Assembly (NCBI GenBank): GCA_964016885.1
Contig: OZ024740.1
Location: 289,416,001 to 289,480,000, forward strand
DNA length: 64,000 bases
Direction of reading: 5' to 3'
DNA from: Eledone cirrhosa
Taxonomy: Eukaryota
The notes beneath the pieces are model-generated. The model saw nothing but the letters and a program-made list of their open reading frames with translations. It ran no database searches and had not been told where the DNA came from. This document shows positions 41,355 through 54,401 of this stretch, piece after piece (the stretch's first letter is position 1; each line of letters starts with the position of its first letter). A program made the translations under genes and the position numbers.

Positions 41355-42280
41355 CTAACAGCGCTGCGATCGAATGTGGCTTTTTAGCCCAGCCAATGAT
41401 CTAAAATGTCTTGCACAGAGTCGGTAACCAAAACATTCACTGGGAATAGTCGGCTGTGGTAGGAGTTGATGTACTTTTGCATGTCGCTTGAGCCCTCCTG
41501 CTGATTTACATTCTCCACCACATGTTTGGCAAGCATGGTGAGTAGCATCTCCAACAGCAGCCTGGTAGTCAACCACTGGTCTTACTTTATGACTGCGAAG
41601 ATGACTTTCGAGTCCAGCTTTGCTTAGGCAGAGTCTCGCACATACGCTGCATGTCAGCACCATAGGAGGACCCTCACCGTCTGGAAGTGCAACAGCAATG
41701 CCCTTCCTCACATCCCGCTTTACTTTCTCGTATGCGATTCGAGATGCCTCAAAGGCAACTTTTCCCTCATATACAGTCTTTCTCCATTTATTACGATCAG
41801 CAGCAATATTCTCCCATGTATCAGCAGAGATGTTAGCGTCTTTCAGAGAGGCCTTCAAGGAATCCTTATACCTCTTTTTTGGTTTATGTGGCGGTCGTTT
41901 TCCTTTAACCAACTCTCCATAAAGGAGTTGTTTTGGTATTCTAGAATCCTTCATCCTGGCAAGGTGACCACTCCAACGGAGTCGTTGCTTAAGCACAAGA
42001 GCTTCTATACTGTCACACATAGAGCTTTCCAAAATCTCGACATCACTGATGTGGTCCCTCCAGTGAACGCCATGGATCCGTCTGAGACACATCTGATGGA
42101 AACGCTCCAAGTGCTTAAGGTGGTGTCGATATGTGACCCAGGTCTCGCAGGCATAAAGAAGACAAGAGAGCACACATGCCCTGTACACTTTTACCTTTGT
42201 CCTCCTGCATATATCTCGCCGAACCCAGAGTCGCCTTTCTAGCTTTCCGAAAGCATCACTTGCTTTCCTAATCCAGAATG
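41355..42280 (-). mobile_element. RTE-clade LINE 3' fragment (RT thumb and C-terminus with C2H2-like fingers)
   Basis: RIRKASDAFGKLERRLW...TKVKVYRACVLSCLLYACETW...RLRWSGHLARM...PKQLLYGEL...KRYKD are RTE/BovB-type motifs. Confidence 0.9.
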
Positions 42281-42467
42281 TATATGTGTGTATATACATC
42301 ACTCAGTCAAACGACCAGATTTCAACCCCAACATCTACAACAACAACACCGGCACTAATGTTTACAGCAACAACAGCTTCAGAATGAGCTGAAATGAACA
42401 TTTACAACAACAACAACAACAGCGACATACATGCATACATACATATATACATATGTGCATGCATACA

Positions 42468-42501
<34 letters not shown>

Positions 42502-42627
42502 CATGCATACATACATATATACATATATACATGCATGCATACATACACATATACATACACACATACATGGATACATACATACATATATACATGCATACAT
42601 ACACATATATATACATACACACGCAAT

Positions 42628-43585
42628 ATAGATAAGGAAAGTAGTCTATCTTGGACCAACAACCGCTATATTGGCTCCCACTTTGAAGGATATGCTTTTG
42701 CAATCCAAGAACAGGAGATTAACACGAAATACCTTACAAAAGAGATAGGGATGCAGGCAAAACACCTAGATGTGATAACAAGTGCAGACTCTGCAGAACT
42801 AACATCGAGGATATCACCCATGTCATCAGCAGCTGTCCAAAGATGTCATCGCGGTACTATCTACCTATGAGGCATGATGTAGTACAATGCAGTTCGTAAA
42901 AAAGATAGCCCCGATAATAATCACATTAAAAGCTACAGCAATGTGGAAGACATCCATGTACATAATATGAAAGAGTACTGGTGGAATGTTCCAGTAAAAA
43001 CCCCAATAAAATGCAGGCATAACAGACCAGATATGATATGGGACAGGGAGAAGAAAGCATGCACAGTAGTAGAAATTAGCTGCCCAGCAGATGCCAATGT
43101 AATATCAAAGATTAACGAAAGGGAGAATATTTATGCAGAAATGCTGAGAAATCTGCAGATACTCCACCCTGATTACACCTTCAGATTTATGCCTGTGATT
43201 ATTGGGGCACTGGGGTATGTTAGTAACTGCTTCAATACAAATCTTGAGAAGCTAGGCTTCACATGAACAGAAAGAACACAACTAGTTAGGAAATTACAAG
43301 TACAATCCATTAATGGAACAGTAAAAATATGTAAAACATTCCAAAAATTTTGCATCCAATAACTGCATATACACATGTACAGATACAAATCATATACACA
43401 TGCACACATACAACTCAAAACATACACATCCACACATACAATAACACCCATATCTACACATGCATACATACATAATCTACGTAGTTGATGTGTAAATTCC
43501 AATGAGAGAGTCTTGTATCTATGTTAGAAACCGACTCTCTGTCTATTGGGAAAACATTTGTGAAATTATAAAACCAGAAGAACAT
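42628..43585 (+). mobile_element. R4/Dong-like RLE non-LTR fragment (longer paralog of 34610)
   Basis: FEGYAFAIQEQEINTKYL, CRLCRTNIEDITHVISSC (CCHC knuckle), RHD, and RPDMIWD...VEISCP. Confidence 0.8.
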
Positions 43586-44382
43586 ACAGTCCCCCCCCCC
43601 CAAAAGGAACAAGTCCAGACAAGGTTGTTTGTGGAAGACCAGCAGTCGCCCATGCATACCAGTCTCCCCTCTCCACACCACCGATGTTGTTCAAGGGAAA
43701 GACAGTGGCCGATACAGCTTGACATCAGTGACGTCGCAACTCCTTTCTACAGCTGAGTAAACTGGAGCAACGTGAAATAAAGTGTCTTGTTTAAGGACAC
43801 GACACTTCACCCGGTCCGAGAATAGAACTCATAATCTTCTGATTGCAATCCCAATGCTCTAACCACTAAGCCATGCGCCTTCATATGAAAGTGAAGTGTA
43901 TAATCCAGGTAAATATACTAATCAAGCTTAGATAGTTTTGAGCCGCATGCAAAACTGATGCTTCATAGTAAGTATTCCTAGAGAAGTGAATGTAACTTGT
44001 GTTTTAATGAAACATATCGTGTGTCCCATTACAATACAAACACCTGGAAATCTAACCACAATCTCTTCCGATTGTGACCTAGTTACTTTCTGAATACGCA
44101 AATAGGTCACAATCGTCAACATTAAAATAGATCCACGATTATTGTAGCATATGTTATCAACTTGGTCTTGAAGCGAAGTAAGTAAAAAAAAAACTTGCCA
44201 TCTGCACAATGACAAAAACATTGTCAGGTTTCACAGTCTCGAAAAGCAATTGAGAGAGTTACAGTATAATGACTGAAAATAGTGTTGGGTCAGTGTTATA
44301 CATACAAAGATACATGATATGATGGCTGCCCCCTCGTTATCGAGTATGGCCATTGCTCGATAAAAAAACAAGCAAAAAGTAA

Positions 44383-45120
44383 ATGAAAGGAATGTTAATG
44401 GCTGCGCAAGAGCAGGCCCTCAAAACGAAGTGGTTGAAACACCATATTTACAAGGAGGAGGCTAGCCCACTGTGCATGATCTGTGGAGAGAGAGAGGAGA
44501 CTGTGGCTCACATTGTATCCGAGTGTAAACACCTAGCCCAGACTCACTATAAGGGCTGGAGACATGATGTGATGGCCAGGGTGATCCATTGGCACCTATG
44601 CAAAGTAAACAATTTACCACATTCTGAGAAGTGGTATGAGCATAAGCCAGAGGCGGTGATAAAAAACGATCAGGTGAAGGTGCTATGGGATTTTAGGATA
44701 CAGACGGACAAGAAACTGGAACACAATAGACCTGACCTGGTGGTTTTGGATAAAGAAAAAAGATCGTGCCTGATCGTGGATGTGGCCTGCCCATTCGACA
44801 CGAGAGTGCAAGAGAAGGAGAGGGAGAAAATTAACCGATACCAGGACTTAAAGTGGGAGGTAAAAAGGATTTGGAACTGCCATGAAGTCAAAGTGATCCC
44901 GATTGTGATAGGCGCACTAGGGACTATGTCAAAAAGTTTCCAGGGATGGTTAAAGAAAATTGGCCCCTTCACGCTTTTTGGAACGCTTCAAAAGGCATGC
45001 TTGCTGGGAACAGCAAGAACCCTCCGATACGTCCTGAATATCTGAGGCTGCAGGTAGTGGCTTGATATTCATTTCAACAAACTTTCCAGTTAACTAACAT
45101 CAATGACTGAGACTCAAAGA
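44383..45120 (+). mobile_element. R4/Dong-like retrotransposon, 5'-truncated, with an intact C-terminal ORF (44383-45045)
   Basis: AAQEQALKT, CMICGEREETVAHIVSEC, RHD and RPDLVVLDK...IVDVACP...EKINRY. The 3' end runs into (TAA)n, and the element is absent from copy A. Confidence 0.88.
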
Positions 45121-45135
45121 GTAATAACAATAATG

Positions 45136-45223
<88 letters not shown>

Positions 45224-46071
45224 CCCCCACCCCCCACATACATATATATATTTATAATTACCGGTGCTGCGATCGAATGTGGCTTTTTAGCCCAGCCAAT
45301 GATCTGAAATGTCTTGCACAGAGTTGGCAGCCATGATAAAAAACATTCACTGGCATAGTTGGTCGTCATGTACTTTTGCATGTCGTTTGAGCCCTCCTGC
45401 TGATCTACACTCTTTTCCACATGCTTGACAGGTATGATGAGTAGCATCTCCGACAGCAGCCTGGTATCAACCACTGGTCTCACTTTACGACTGCGAAGAT
45501 TACTTTTGAGTCCAGCTTTGCTGAGGCAGACTCTTGCATAGACGCTGCATGTCTGCATACATACATATATACATGGTGGCTGCCAACTCGTTTTCGAGTA
45601 CGGCCACTACTTTATATCCGTGTAGGAGAACCCCTACCGATGCGCTGAACGAGTGTGACTTAGTCCAGCCAGCGACTTGAAAACTCTGGTACAAACACTA
45701 CACTTGTGACAATTACTGACACATAGCGCTTGGCCCATGGTACCATGTGACGACAAGTGCAGAGAGATCTCCAGATATAAAGCAATGCCTGTGCTGTGAA
45801 GCTTTTATAGTGAGTAAAGGCACTGCACAAAGCCAGTCCCACTCTCTTAACCAAGATGATATTTACCAAAAAGAAGAACAAGTCAACATCATTGGATACC
45901 ATCAGGGTTGCAGGTGTTATATCAGAGTTTTCCTTCTCCTAGAATTCTGCCTTGACAAAGGCTAAGGGGTCATCTCTCCCGGTGATTTTGGATGGCCATT
46001 GACTCTTAAGAGTTCCTTTGCTCTTTGACAGGTTTTGTTTTTAGTCCTGCAGGATGTCCAAAGTCACCCTC

Positions 46072-46582
46072 TCACATACATACATACATACATACATACA
46101 TACATACATACATACATACATACATACATACATACATACATACATACATACATACATGCATACATACATACATACATACATACGTACATGCATGCATACA
46201 TACATACATACATGCATACATACATACATACATACATACATGCATACATACATACATACATACATACATACATACATACATACATGCATACATACATACA
46301 TGCATACATACATACATACATACATACATACATACATACATACATACATGCATACATACATACATGCATACATGCATACATACATACATACATACATACA
46401 TACATACATACATACATACATACATGCATACATACATACATACATACATACATACATGCATACATACATACATACATACATACATACATACATGCATACA
46501 TGCATACATACATACATACATACATACATACATACATACATACATACATACATACTTACATACATACATACATACATACTTA
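46072..46582. repeat. (TACA)n microsatellite
   Basis: Directly visible. Confidence 0.97.
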
Positions 46583-46584
46583 CA

Positions 46585-47945
46585 TGAAGGCTGCATCTCG
46601 ATTTCGAGAATTGCCCTCATTTGATCTGTTCTCACACATGGGTGGCATGAACATGATTTTAAGGCAGCCCCCCCCCCCCCAGGATTTACGTTCCTTTTTG
46701 CATATGCTACAGTGTAAGCCAGCTAAAGCCAACCATGCTCATGCAGTACATATGGAAGAGGTTTAGATCACACGATGTTTGTGATTGAAGCTTTTTTAGT
46801 GAAGAAGGGCCTTGCACTGGACCACTCCTACACTCTGGTATCCCAAAATAAGAATAGTTCAACACCCTTGGCTGCCATCGAGTGGCAGGTTTTACATCAG
46901 AATCCTCCTTCTAGAATAATGTCTGAGACCAGATTTGCTCAAGCAAATTTTTCCACACTCAGGGAACTTCAATTCAATGGAGACACCGATCGTTTCGAGA
47001 GACACACCGGGGCATTGCTTACGCACATCCCGTTTGATCTTCTCGTGCTCTATGCGTCTGTCCTTAAAATTATGGACCCCATCATTCACCATTCCACGCC
47101 AAGTTTCTCTTTCAAGAACTTCTATCTCCCAGTCAGCCACCATCAAACCAGCTTTTCTCAATGAGTCCTTTACACAATCCCTGAATCGTAGCCTTGGCTT
47201 GTGAGGTGCTCTCTTACCTTTACAAAGCTCGCCATACGAAAGTTGTTTTGGTATTTGATCATCCTCCATTCTGCAGAGGTGTCCGGTCCATCGCAAACGC
47301 CGTTGGTGGATGATACTCTCATTGCTCCAACACTCACTTCTCTCAAGGACCATAACATCACTCACACACATCTGCCACTTTATACCGAGCATCTTTCTGA
47401 GACACTGCTGGTGAAATCATACATATATACATACTTGAATACATACATAATTGTTGCAACTCGATTTCGAGTAATGCTATCGCCTTTTAGTCCTGCTGGG
47501 GATTTGCATATGGCCAGAAATGTCATGCATAGCAAAAAATCAAGCGATGCCTGTGGTTGAAGCATTTTTAAGGGAGGAAAGTCTTTGCACGGGACCAACC
47601 CCACTTTCTGAACATCAAATGCATTTACCCCAAAAGAAGAACTGATTTACATCATTTGATGCAAATGAAGTCGCGGATTTTATATCAGAGCGACCTTCTC
47701 TTAGAGAGATGTCTTAATAAAGACTAGGAATCACAAAAAAACATACTTTATTTGATGGCCGTTGATTCTCCCGAGTTCCTACGCACTTTGAAGGGTCTTG
47801 TTTTTTATCCGGCAGGATGTCCACAATCCCCCTCCTCACCGAGCAAGCTTGGTGGGGTTGCCGGTTTAGTCACCGACGAACCGACCATGAGACAGGTTGT
47901 ACTGGGTTACATGTTACCAGTAGAGTTGAAATGCGACCTGACATA
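46585..47945 (-). mobile_element. Internally deleted RTE element: 5' region 47450-47945 and 3' ORF fragment 46585-47420
   Basis: RRLRWTGHLCRMED..IPKQLSYGEL...CPECGKICLSKSGL, plus the shared RTE 5' repeat at 47755-47945. Confidence 0.75.
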
Positions 47946-48643
47946 TAAACCAACACTGTTGTCAAATAAATTTGAACGAGGGTGATTTGTTATTTATAGA
48001 AAACAAGTTTCTTCTATATATGAGTAATTCTCATAATTAACAGAAAGATAACACACACACACACAAACATACACACACACACACTCACACACACACCCAC
48101 ACTCACACACACACACCCACACTCACACACACACCCACACTCACACGCACTCTGTCTCACGCACATACACCCAAATACGCATATGTGTATGTACGTATGT
48201 GCGTAAGTATGTATGCATATATGCATGTATGTATGTATTTGTGTTTGTGTGTCCATGTGTGTATGTGCACGTCTGCATGGAATCTGAAAACAATTTCAGA
48301 GGTAGCGTAATGTACTAGTCACACTATCAGAGATCTTATCATGAATCATACGACTATTTAGTTACACACACACACACAACGCACACCCACACATACACGC
48401 GCGCACACACACAGACGCACATACACACAAACACTCACACAAGCACTCATACACAAACACTCACACACAAACGCATACACAAACACACACAGACATTCAA
48501 ACAGACATTCAAACAGAAACACTCACACACAAACACATACACAAACACACACACATACATTCAAACACAAACACGCGCACATACATAATTAAACAAAACA
48601 CACATACACACAAACATAAACACACAAACACACACTCATATAT

Positions 48644-48728
<85 letters not shown>

Positions 48729-48763
48729 TTATAAGAATCAAAGTTCTGTTCAAATCATTTATA

Positions 48764-48810
48764 TGCTTACAATTGTTTCCTCCAAACCGAGGTTTGGATT
48801 CTTCGAAGCA
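48764..48810 (-). ncRNA. Hammerhead-like motif with variant core UCGAAGA
   Basis: Minus strand reads tgct-TCGAAGA-a-tccaaacc-tc-ggtttgga-g-GAAA-caattg-TA-agca. Confidence 0.5.
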
Positions 48811-49171
48811 ATTTATCAATGAATGATTACATATATGACCTCCTTTTCAACCCAAGAGACATACAGATACATATGCATATATTGTTGCTTGGTGGGTCGA
48901 CATCCATTATAACATTTAGCGTGGCAGTATACATTTAAAGATTACATTCATATCAAAAGAGGATAAAATTAAAATTAAAGTTAAAATACAACATGAAATT
49001 AATGCGATAGGATAGTCAGAAGCAGTTAGTGTGTGTAATAGTTACACGTGTGGCAAGCAGGTGTGTCTTATTTATATAATATTATAGTGCAGCAGGGTGT
49101 TACATGTAATACAAGCACTTTATAACTACAAAAGGTTTTTGTATATGCATAACCATAAATAGTATCCTTAA

Positions 49172-49222
<51 letters not shown>

Positions 49223-49264
49223 TAAATATACACGGGTGTGTATGATTGTGTATAGAAGATTATA

Positions 49265-49528
49265 TTAATAAGAGGAATTCCAACTTTGTCTGATTTACTC
49301 GTTTTATTTACAATCCTTTAAAATTTATAATGGTATTATAATGAAAATTGCAAACTTAACTGTCACCACACATTATGAACCTGAAGATTGCGAAAGCATG
49401 AAAGTACTTGTTCAATTAACACTTAACATTTAATATTCTACCATACTATTTCATTCTAATACCATTATAAATTTTAAAGGATTGTAAATAAAACGAGTAA
49501 ATCAGACAAAGTTGGAATTCCTCTTATT

Positions 49529-49530
<2 letters not shown>
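49265..49530. mobile_element. Fold-back mini-element with ~75-80 bp inverted arms enclosing a hammerhead
   Basis: 49265-49338 is the reverse complement of 49457-49530. Confidence 0.85.
49376..49414 (+). ncRNA. Minimal type I hammerhead ribozyme
   Basis: tgaac-CTGAAGA-t-tgc-gaaa-gca-t-GAAA-gtac-TT-gttca, with palindromic stem III and a CUU triplet. Confidence 0.75.
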
Positions 49531-49576
<46 letters not shown>

Positions 49577-49670
49577 AAGGAAAAGCTTTTCCTTATTCGA
49601 TATTTACTCCGTCACTCCTATGTGGAAAAAGTACGTTGAGTGCTTGAATTGAATTGCATCAATATTTACC

Positions 49671-49719
<49 letters not shown>

Positions 49720-50191
49720 TATACGACTTTTAAAATTTCTGAGAATTCTGTATAGGCGTTTTGTTGATGTGACATTTTTCGTTCCAATTATGTGACCTCG
49801 TGCATTAGCGATACAATGTGAACCCACCACTAATAAGCGCACACAGACATTCACAAACACATACAATCACACACAGACACACCCACGCCCAAAACAACCC
49901 CACTTATGACTTATAAATACACACAAACATGTAGACATATTGTTACACATATTTTTTGTGTATGTATGTCTCTAGTTCCCATTATGTCACTCTCCCCCCC
50001 CCCGCTCTTTATATACATATAATATACATACATACATGTATATATAAACACGCACACACACACACACACACACGCACGACGGCGCGCACACACACACACG
50101 CACGACGGCGCGCACACACACACACATATATATATATATACAATATATTAACAAATGGAAACTATATTTATAAAACCATATTTATTTCATT

Positions 50192-50298
<107 letters not shown>

Positions 50299-50351
50299 CC
50301 TTATCGAGCGCTCTTCAGATTTTTTCTTCGTAATTATTGTTACTATATATA

Positions 50352-50388
<37 letters not shown>

Positions 50389-50577
50389 GTAGGTCCCGGG
50401 TTGAGTCGGAGATAACCACAGTAAGTAAGGTACTCAATACATGGCAGATTTCATCTGAAGGAAACAGTACTAGTCCTGTAGAAGCTCCTTCTATAAAATA
50501 TATATACATATATATATATTCATATATATATATATATATTTTATATATGTATTTTATATATATATATTTTATATATG

Positions 50578-50677
<100 letters not shown>

Positions 50678-50785
50678 CATACATATATATAAATCCGTAG
50701 AGTAAATGTTTATTAGTCCAGATTAAAGTTTAAGCAAAAAATTTCGGCTTTCACCCTATTACGGGATCTTCTGGAGATCCCGTGT

Positions 50786-50831
<46 letters not shown>

Positions 50832-51060
50832 GTATGGTGCATGAAAAATACGTCTGTAGGCGGTATGCTTGTTGAGCACTCGATGCTCGTGCAGAGCAGA
50901 GTATAATACTATAAGGATAAGGAACAAGAATTCATTTTTGTGGATGTACACATATGTGTGCGTAAACATATATGTCCGTGTCGAGTTACATATATATGTA
51001 TGTATATGTGTGTCTGTGTATGTGTGTGAATGTGTCTGTATGTATGTGTGTGTGTGTTTG

Positions 51061-51092
<32 letters not shown>

Positions 51093-51205
51093 CACACACA
51101 CACACATTTTGTATATATGTGTGTGTGTGTGTATATATATATATACACACACACACATGTATGTATATGTGTGTCTGTCTATGTGTGTGAATGTGTCTGT
51201 ATGTA

Positions 51206-51253
<48 letters not shown>

Positions 51254-51257
<4 letters not shown>

Positions 51258-51470
51258 GGCGTGTGGCTGAGTGGTTCGAGAATTGGATTCGCAATCGTAA
51301 GGTTGTGAGTTCGATTCCTGGACAGGGCGATGCGTTATGTCCTTGAGCAAGACACTTTATTTCACGTTGCTCCTTCTACCTGGAGTTGCGACCGATAGAT
51401 AGTGTTAGCAATTGGAAAGACCGGCGGAAACATTGTTTCGTCGGTCCGATCTGGCGAAAGTCGATCGTTC

Positions 51471-51472
<2 letters not shown>
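51254..51472 (+). mobile_element. tRNA-derived SINE (family 2, short form)
   Basis: gaaggcgtgtggctgagtggtt...gagttcgattcc...gtccttgagcaagacacttt followed by a structured tail. Confidence 0.8.
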
Positions 51473-51526
<54 letters not shown>

Positions 51527-51541
51527 ATATGTGTATATATA

Positions 51542-51624
<83 letters not shown>

Positions 51625-51631
<7 letters not shown>

Positions 51632-53388
51632 TTAGTTAAGCAAAACAAGACCACAAATTTCACAAGGAAGACATTATTAAAAGATTGTCAACATATTTTA
51701 GTTTGATGTAAGGAATGTAGAGAATAATAATAATACTATTAATAATAATAATGTCCGTTTACATATAGCCAGATTCGCCGGAATTTTAGCAGTAACAGCA
51801 CCTATACAGGGAAGTTTAATGGTGGCAGCGGCCTGCTCCCCACTCCAAGTAGCAAACTAAAAATCAACCCTAGAATAGGAATGAGAAATGGGATGACAAA
51901 TAACAAATCCCCAGGTAATAATAACCCTAGGAAGGCCCCTACCAACTCCACTAGAACCCCTAGAAGGAATAGACCTAGAAATATCAACTGGCTTAATCTA
52001 ATCTAACCACTAATATCCCTAAACGCTTCTTCTCTATCCTATCTAAACATTCCCCCCCCCAACCATAGATATTACAAACTCTTTAATAAAAATAACATTA
52101 ACATCTCATTCTCCACAACACCTAACCTAGCTAGCCACATCGCATTCAGTAACCATCAAAAACTAAGCCAGTATAACTCCCACACCGCGGTACCACCACC
52201 CCTATCAAATACACCACGCCACTACACCAATAATTACTCTAGTAGCACACCTCCCCCATCTAATCCTTCTAGCACTGACCAACCGCTTAGGTTAAACTAC
52301 CCTACTCTCAGTAACCGCAGAAGCAACTGCAACTGCCATTACCCTAATGCCTGCCCATTAAATGGATACTGCCTGACACCCAACATAGTCTATACGTGCA
52401 CGGTTAAAACTGCTTCGAATACCAGCTCTTATATCGGGTCTACCTCTAACCCTTTTAAGGTACGCTATAACGCGCACTCTTTTTCCTTCCGAGACCCTAG
52501 CAACAGATGTTCGACATCTCTAGCTAGGCTCATTAAAAACCTTAAATTAAGCAACATTGAACACTCACTAAAATGGGATATCGTGGCTAGGGCCCAACCG
52601 TTCAATGGACGAAGAAAATCTTGTGATCTCTGTATTACCGAAGCATATTACTTAACTCTATCACGACCTCTACCGATTAACGATAGAACGGAGCTAACTA
52701 TTAGCTGTCAACATCGAAGGGCTAATTCCTTCGCCAATAGAATATTCGACCCAACATAGTCATCTAGCCCCATTTTTACTTGTAGCTAATAAGTTAAATA
52801 GCTATAACTAACTTAGATAATTATAAGTTACCTTCCCTACATTGTCTCTCAATTAAAAAATTAAAAAATTAGCACTTAACTATAAACTACCCACAATTTC
52901 TAATCTCTCGAGGAGTTACTTCCCCTGAAACCACCCTCTAATTAGTAAGGTAAATATGTCCTTTGGCAGCCATCTTGTTACCCAAAGGCAGATCTCACAC
53001 AATGCAGCCTCGACAGATGAATACTGCTTGATTATGGCTGACAACTGATACAACCAGGACATAATAGTGAAATACCAATATATGGAACATTACATTATGT
53101 AACATTCTCTCCTTATTTTAATTTATATTCCTTTGAAGTTCCGATGAGCCGCTCTGTTTTTAAATATGCTAATTATTTTCAACTGAACCAGATCAATAAT
53201 GATATATAGTCATCTGATCCAGAAATATTATATGGAGTAGCGAAACAATTGTAAACGGACATTATTATTATTAATGTTATTATTATTATTCTCTACATTC
53301 CTTACATCAAACTAAAATATGTTGACAATCTTTTAATAATGTCTTCCTTGTGAAGTTTGTGGTCTTGTTTTGCTTAACTAATGAATAT
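51625..53388 (+). mobile_element. 5'-truncated Penelope-like element with an inverted ~138 bp terminal repeat
   Basis: Manual translation gives NCNCHYPNACPLNGYCLTPNIVYTCTV...SYIGSTSNPFKVRYNAH...CDLCITE, with a stop at 52757-52759 (GIY-YIG; missing from the ORF track). 51625-51763 is the reverse complement of 53250-53388. Confidence 0.88.
53138..53256 (+). ncRNA. Hammerhead-like motif (CCGAUGA core, long stem II) in the Penelope 3' pLTR
   Basis: gtt-CCGATGA-gccgctctgt...atggagtagc-GAAA-caattg-TA-aac. Confidence 0.55.
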
Positions 53389-53568
53389 TTCCAGCTCTGC
53401 GCACCTAACTTCTGCATGAACCCAGTCACCTAGCTGCTTTATACTGCATATTGCACATTGAGCACATGCCTTTACGCTTTGGCTTCTAACTAATTCACCA
53501 ATCTCTCCTCTCCTATCTCCTCTCCTACCTCCATCTCTCTCTTTAAGATTGGATTGGTTACTCTTGAA

Positions 53569-53663
<95 letters not shown>

Positions 53664-54103
53664 TATATACACATTTTGATCCGCTTAACTTCAATGACTG
53701 TGGTTGTAAATAACATTATTTTTTCTTCCACATTGACTTTTTACGTTCCACGTTATGCACGTTTTTTTTCCTTTTTCTTTTTTCTTTTCACTTCTCAAAC
53801 CTTGTTTGTAAATAACATTATTCTTTCTGCACCTTCTGTTTAACATGTGTGACACAACACTAATACATCTCACTATCATTTGATAATGCATATAAATGCT
53901 GAAACCGGTAATAGACAATAATTAAATATATAAATAGATAAATAAATGCCATTGTTAAATAATAAATAAATCAACTAATACTTTAACACTTCACACAAAG
54001 TAAAACATTTCGTTTTAATCATTTTCTAACCCAGAAAAACGAGAGAAACAAAAAAGGGAAAAAAAAATTTTTTTCTTCCTCTTAATCGTCTCCTTCTCCC
54101 TGT

Positions 54104-54203
<100 letters not shown>

Positions 54204-54277
54204 AAGTATGACCCCGACCCAGAAATAGCCGTCGAAACGGCTTGAGCTCTGCCGTCGGGGTCATGCTTTCTCCTATA

Positions 54278-54358
<81 letters not shown>

Positions 54359-54401
54359 ACATGGCGTGCTGCGTGGTTGCAAATGGGTTACATATGAATA
54401 A

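Larger units (their letters stand above)
31524..46070. repeat. Tandem segmental duplication: copy A 31524-37524, copy B 37525-45571, partial copy C 45572-46070
   Basis: catggtggctgccaactcgttttcgag starts each copy. Unique sequence, minisatellite, MITE and SINE are collinear between A and B. Confidence 0.92.

Noticed and set aside
49573-49598. 26 bp perfect palindrome gaataaggaaaagcttttccttattc
   Set aside because: It is a single occurrence with no supporting context.
50730-50783. Hammerhead-like CAGAAGA...GAAA on the minus strand with a small hairpin
   Set aside because: The core deviates and there is no convincing stem I.
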